Shown here one piece after another: positions 60,130 to 64,000 of a stretch of 64,000 nt of DNA; the stretch's first letter is position 1, and every line of letters begins with the position of its first letter. The notes beneath the pieces were generated by a model that was not told where the DNA came from, did no database searches, and worked only from the letters and a program-made list of their open reading frames with translations. A program made the position numbers and the translations under genes. Location: assembly GCA_964291675.2 (NCBI GenBank), contig OZ219865.1, positions 96,001-160,000 of the forward strand, given 5' to 3'. Source of the DNA: Alphaproteobacteria bacterium (GTDB lineage: Bacteria; Pseudomonadota; Alphaproteobacteria; MPNO01).

Positions 60130-61665
60130 ATGCCGGTGAGCACGATCGGGGAGATTCCGCGCCAGGCGGCGGCGCGGTTCGGCGACAAGACGGCGCTGAT
60201 CTTCGAGGGGCGGGAGGTCTCGTTCGCGGAGATCGACCTTCTCGCGTCGCGCGTGGCGGGCGGGCTGCGCGCGCTCGGCGTCGAGGCGGGCGACCGGGTG
60301 ACGCTCTATGCCCAGAACAGCGTCGAGTGGATCGCGAGCTACTACGCGATCGCCCGGGTGGGCGCCGTGGTCAACCCGATCAACGTCATGCTGACGCCGG
60401 ACGAGGTGGCCTATGTGGTGAAGGATTGCGGCGCCAGGGTGCTGTTCACCACCGCGGAGCGGGCCGCGCCGATCCTGCCGCTCAAGGCGGACGGCGACCT
60501 CGCCGAGATCGTCGTGTTCGGCGAGGCCGACGGCGCCGCCTCGTTCGACGAGATCGCGGACTCGGGCGCAAACGAGTTCGAGCCCGAGGCGGTCGATCCC
60601 GAATCGCTGTCCACCATCTGCTACACCTCGGGCACGACGGGGTTTCCCAAGGGGGCGATGCTGAGCCACCGCTCGGTGGTGCTGAACGCGGCGGTGACCG
60701 CGGCGATGAACATGCGCACCGAGCACGACGTGCAGCTCACGGCGCTCCCCTGCGCGCATGTCTATGGCGGCACGCTGATGAACCTCAACTTCCTGTTCGG
60801 CTCGACGCTGGTGCTCTACGAGAAGTTCGACGCGGGCGATGCGCTGCGAGGCATCCATGATTTCGGCGCCACCATCACCGACGGCGTGCCGACGATGTAT
60901 CTCTACATGCTGGCGCATCCCGAATTCGAGAGCTTCGACCTGTCCTCGCTCACCCGCTCGGTGACCGGCGGGCAGACCATGCCGGTCGCCAAGGCGGAGG
61001 AGTGGCGCGAGCGCGCCGGCTGCGAGGTCTACGAGCTGTGGGGCATGACCGAGCTTGCCGGGCCCGGGCTGATGCAGCACTGCTACGGCGAGAACCGGCT
61101 GGGCTCGGTCGGCATCGAGATGTTCTACCACCGAGCCCGCATCGTCGACCCGGAGGACGCGTCGAGGGAGCTGCCGACCGGCGAGGTGGGCGAGCTGATG
61201 TTCCGGGGCCCGTTCGTGATGATGGGCTATTACGGCAACGAGACGGCGACGCGCGAAGCGATCGAGCCCGACGGCTGGCTGCACTCCGGCGATCTCGGCA
61301 AGGTGGACGAGGACGGCTACTTCTATATCGTCGACCGCAAGAAGGACATGATCCTGACCGCCGGGTTCAACATCTACCCGGCCGAGATCGAGCGGGTGAT
61401 CTCCGCCCACCCGGCGGTCGCCATGGTCGGCGTCGGCGCCAAGCGGGACGAGGCCAAGGGCGAGGTCGCCAAGGCCTATGTGGTGCTGAAACCCGACCGC
61501 GAGGCGGGCCCGGACGAGCTGATCGGCTTCTGCCGCGAGCGCCTCGCCGCCTACAAGGTGCCGCGCGAGATCCAGATCGTCCCCGACCTGCCGACCACCT
61601 CGACCGGCAAGATTTTGAGGCGCGAGCTGCACACGCTGGAACAGGGCGGAGCGACGCTCCCATGA
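60130..61665 (+). CDS. Long-chain fatty acid-CoA ligase / AMP-binding protein
   Basis: YTSGTTGFPKG, WGMTE, GWLHSGDLG, VDRKKDMI, LPTTSTGKILRR. Confidence 0.93.
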   Translation: MPVSTIGEIPRQAAARFGDKTALIFEGREVSFAEIDLLASRVAGGLRALGVEAGDRVTLYAQNSVEWIASYYAIARVGAVVNPINVMLTPDEVAYVVKDCGARVLFTTAERAAPILPLKADGDLAEIVVFGEADGAASFDEIADSGANEFEPEAVDPESLSTICYTSGTTGFPKGAMLSHRSVVLNAAVTAAMNMRTEHDVQLTALPCAHVYGGTLMNLNFLFGSTLVLYEKFDAGDALRGIHDFGATITDGVPTMYLYMLAHPEFESFDLSSLTRSVTGGQTMPVAKAEEWRERAGCEVYELWGMTELAGPGLMQHCYGENRLGSVGIEMFYHRARIVDPEDASRELPTGEVGELMFRGPFVMMGYYGNETATREAIEPDGWLHSGDLGKVDEDGYFYIVDRKKDMILTAGFNIYPAEIERVISAHPAVAMVGVGAKRDEAKGEVAKAYVVLKPDREAGPDELIGFCRERLAAYKVPREIQIVPDLPTTSTGKILRRELHTLEQGGATLP

Positions 61666-62264
61666 AGCTCTACGTCACCCCGACCTCGCCCTATGCCCGG
61701 CTCGCGATGATCGTCCGGCTGGAGAAGGGGCTGGACGGCATCGAGCTGGTGTGGACGCGCACCCGCGACCCGGACGACCCGATGCTCGCCGTCAACCCGT
61801 CCGGGCGCATCCCCTATCTCGGGCTCGACGGCGGCGCGGGCTTCGAGGACAGCGACGCGATCGTCGACTACATGGACACGCTCGCGCCCCCCTGCCGCTT
61901 CGCCCCGCCCTGGGGCGCGGCCTACTGGCCGTATCGCCGCCGCCTGGCGACCGCGCGCAGCATGCTCGACGGGGTGGCGGTGTGGGCGCGCGAGATCATG
62001 CGGCCCGCGGGCGAGCGCTCGCCCGCCATAATCGAGCACGAACGCCGCCGCGCCGCCCGCCTCGCCGACGCCTTCGAGGCCGGGATCGGGGCGGTCGAAG
62101 CCCCGCCCGACCTGCCGCAGCTCCTGCTGTTCTGCGCCCTCGACGTGGAACGCCGCCTGCCCGAATTCGACTGGCGCACGGGAAGGCCCGGCCTCGCCGC
62201 ATGGCACGCAAGCGTGGCCGCGCTGCCGTCGGTGAAGGGCTCGCTGCCGCCCGAAGGGCTGTAG
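61662..62264 (+). CDS. Glutathione S-transferase family protein
   Basis: MKLY..TSPYAR, NPSGRIP, DSDAIVDY. ATGA overlap with the ligase. Confidence 0.85.
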   Translation: MKLYVTPTSPYARLAMIVRLEKGLDGIELVWTRTRDPDDPMLAVNPSGRIPYLGLDGGAGFEDSDAIVDYMDTLAPPCRFAPPWGAAYWPYRRRLATARSMLDGVAVWAREIMRPAGERSPAIIEHERRRAARLADAFEAGIGAVEAPPDLPQLLLFCALDVERRLPEFDWRTGRPGLAAWHASVAALPSVKGSLPPEGL

Positions 62265-62280
62265 CTCCGGACGGTCCGGA

Positions 62281-62541
62281 TCACGCCCCCGCGGGCGGGC
62301 CGGGGCGGTTCTGCATCTCCGCGTGCATCGCGCGCACGGCGTCGCTGGCGGCGGTCTGGAACAGCGCCGGGAGGACTGCGTGGACGATGGCGGCGCAACC
62401 CGCGCCGAGCAGGCGGGCGCCGAAGGAGAGGGCGATCCCCATGTGTTCGCCATAGGTCTCGCCGACGCTCGCCGGGTGGTCGGTGAAGGCGCCGAGTATG
62501 GGCCGTGCCCGGGTGGCCGCCCGCTGCCGTCCCATCCGCAT
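62281..62541 (-). CDS. DUF6356-type small protein
   Basis: FTDHPASVGETYGEH...AIVHAVLPALF..AS. Divergent from the Lrp regulator. Confidence 0.75.
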   Translation of the reverse strand: MRMGRQRAATRARPILGAFTDHPASVGETYGEHMGIALSFGARLLGAGCAAIVHAVLPALFQTAASDAVRAMHAEMQNRPGPPAGA

Positions 62542-62643
62542 CGCTCCCTCCGCCGCCGGGTATTCCCCAGCATAGCGCCGAAATCCGGGGTAGATATCCC
62601 AAACGGTTTGCAAATCGACTCGATTTTGGGACATCATCCCACG

Positions 62644-63105
62644 ATGAGCGAGAAACTGGACGAAATCGACCGCCGGCTCCTGCGTTGCCTGCAGCAAGAC
62701 GCGTCGATCAGCATGGACGAGCTCGCGACCCGGGCGAATCTCTCGCGCAACGCCTGCTGGCGCCGCGTCAAGCGCATGGAGGAGCGGCGCATCATCCGCC
62801 GCCGGGTCGCGCTGGTCGATCCCGAAGCGCTCGGTCTCGGGCTGTCGGTGTTCGTGATCGTGCGCACCAACGCGCACGACAAGGACTGGCTCGACAAGTT
62901 CGAGGAGGCGGTGCACACCCTGCCCGAGATCCAGGGCGCGCACCGGACCAGCGGCGACATCGACTACGTGCTGCGGCTCCGGGTGGCGAGCGTCCGGGAC
63001 TACGACCGGTTCTACCAGCGCCTGATCGCCAGGGTCCCGATCGCCGACATCTCGGCGAGCTTCGTGATGGAGGACATCAAGGACACCACGGCGCTGCCCG
63101 TCTGA
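62644..63105 (+). CDS. Lrp/AsnC family transcriptional regulator
   Basis: LDEIDRRLL, LSRNACWRRVKRME, SGDIDYVL, IKDTTALPV. Confidence 0.94.
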   Translation: MSEKLDEIDRRLLRCLQQDASISMDELATRANLSRNACWRRVKRMEERRIIRRRVALVDPEALGLGLSVFVIVRTNAHDKDWLDKFEEAVHTLPEIQGAHRTSGDIDYVLRLRVASVRDYDRFYQRLIARVPIADISASFVMEDIKDTTALPV

Positions 63106-63207
63106 CGCCGGCCCGGCTGGCGGTTCGCGTGCTACAATCGCGGCGGGTGCCGGGCGGGACAGGGAAGCCGCCGGCCCCGCTGTCCACGCGAACCGGGCGT
63201 TTCGGCC

Positions 63208-63519
63208 ATGACCGCGCGCATCGCCATACCCGCCGAGCCGATCGCCGCCTTCTGCGAGCGCTGGCAGGTGACCGAGCTGGCGCTGTTCGGCTCCGTGCTG
63301 CGGGAAGATTTCGGCCCGGCGAGCGATATCGACGTGCTGGTCGCCTTCGCCGAGGATGCGCGCCACAGCCTGTTCGACATGGTCCGGATGGAAGCGGAGC
63401 TCAAGGATATCTTTGGCCGCGAGGTCGATCTGGTCAGCCGGCGCGGCATCGAACGGAGCCGCAACTACCTGCGCCGCAAAGCCATCCTGGGTTCGGCGGA
63501 AACCATCCATGAACGGTGA
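63208..63519 (+). CDS. mntA: Minimal nucleotidyltransferase (MNT) antitoxin
   Basis: FGSVLREDFGPASDIDVLV (GSx10DxD) and GREVDLV. Confidence 0.9.
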   Translation: MTARIAIPAEPIAAFCERWQVTELALFGSVLREDFGPASDIDVLVAFAEDARHSLFDMVRMEAELKDIFGREVDLVSRRGIERSRNYLRRKAILGSAETIHER

Positions 63520-63850
63520 CGCGGCGCATCTTCTCGACATCGTCTCGTCGGCGCGGCTGGCGCGAAGCTATGTCGAGGGCGTCGCCCGCGATGCCTTCAT
63601 GCGGGACACGAAGCTTCAGGACTCGGTCATCCGTCGACTGGAAATCGTCGGTGAGGCGGCCGGGCGGCTCTCGCCGGAGTTTCGCGCAGGTAACCCTGGC
63701 GTTCCCTGGGCCGAAATCCGCGGAATGAGAAACCGGATGATCCATCGCTACGACGATATCGACCTGGATATCGTATGGGAAACGGTGGAACGCGACATTC
63801 CCCGGCTTATCCGGCAACTCGAGAGTTTGCTTCCGCCGGAGGAGACGTAG
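63509..63850 (+). CDS. hepT: HEPN/DUF86 RNase toxin
   Basis: RRLEIVGEA and PW..IRGMRNRMIHRY (Rx4HxY). Overlaps the MNT gene. Confidence 0.9.
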   Translation: MNGDAAHLLDIVSSARLARSYVEGVARDAFMRDTKLQDSVIRRLEIVGEAAGRLSPEFRAGNPGVPWAEIRGMRNRMIHRYDDIDLDIVWETVERDIPRLIRQLESLLPPEET

Positions 63851-63897
63851 AGGCAAGCTGGACCACAATCGCCGCCGCGACCCTCCGGGAGAGAGCC

Positions 63898-64000
63898 ATG
63901 ACCTACCGCGATCCGTCCAGGCCGCCGTTCCGGGCCGACCATGTGGGGAGCCTGCTGCGCCCGCGCGAGATCCACGCGGCGCGGGCGAAGGTGGCGGCGG
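63898..64000 (+). CDS. Second cobalamin-independent methionine synthase II family protein (5' part only)
   Basis: MTYRDPSRPPFRADHVGSLLRP, the same N-terminal motif as 51073-52191. Runs off the window end. Confidence 0.8.
   Translation, partial: MTYRDPSRPPFRADHVGSLLRPREIHAARAKVAA

Overview
High-GC (about 70% by eye) alphaproteobacterial chromosome segment, Rhodospirillales-like. The assignment rests on a GTTC-N7-GTTC LexA box, rpsM-rpsK-rpoA-rplQ without rpsD, and rplQ-degQ-rarA-rluC-HAD synteny. Core genes are imuA-imuB-dnaE2, lptFGD, the alpha ribosomal operon, degQ/rarA/rluC, chaC-msrA and an Fe3+ ABC permease plus ATPase. These are interleaved with many catabolic/redox genes (Rieske oxygenase alpha, flavin monooxygenases, an atypical UbiD, AOR, CoA ligases, MetE-like proteins). 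Accessory or conflict loci are a Fic gene, a tandem pair of STAND-like ATPases with a low-GC TPR region, DUF5131 plus a Type IIG/ISP-like R-M gene, and an MNT-HEPN toxin-antitoxin pair. The most distinctive non-coding signal is a hierarchical repeat system. CGTC-tagged REP palindromes are the insertion site of a 300-400 bp non-coding element with ACTGCTGTCCGGTT terminal inverted repeats and an 11-bp target duplication. The element carries its own REP target, nests into itself, and brackets the DUF5131/R-M cassette in inverted orientation. Several genes are frameshifted or decayed; some of these may be assembly errors. All assignments come from motif recognition by eye, and no database searches were run.
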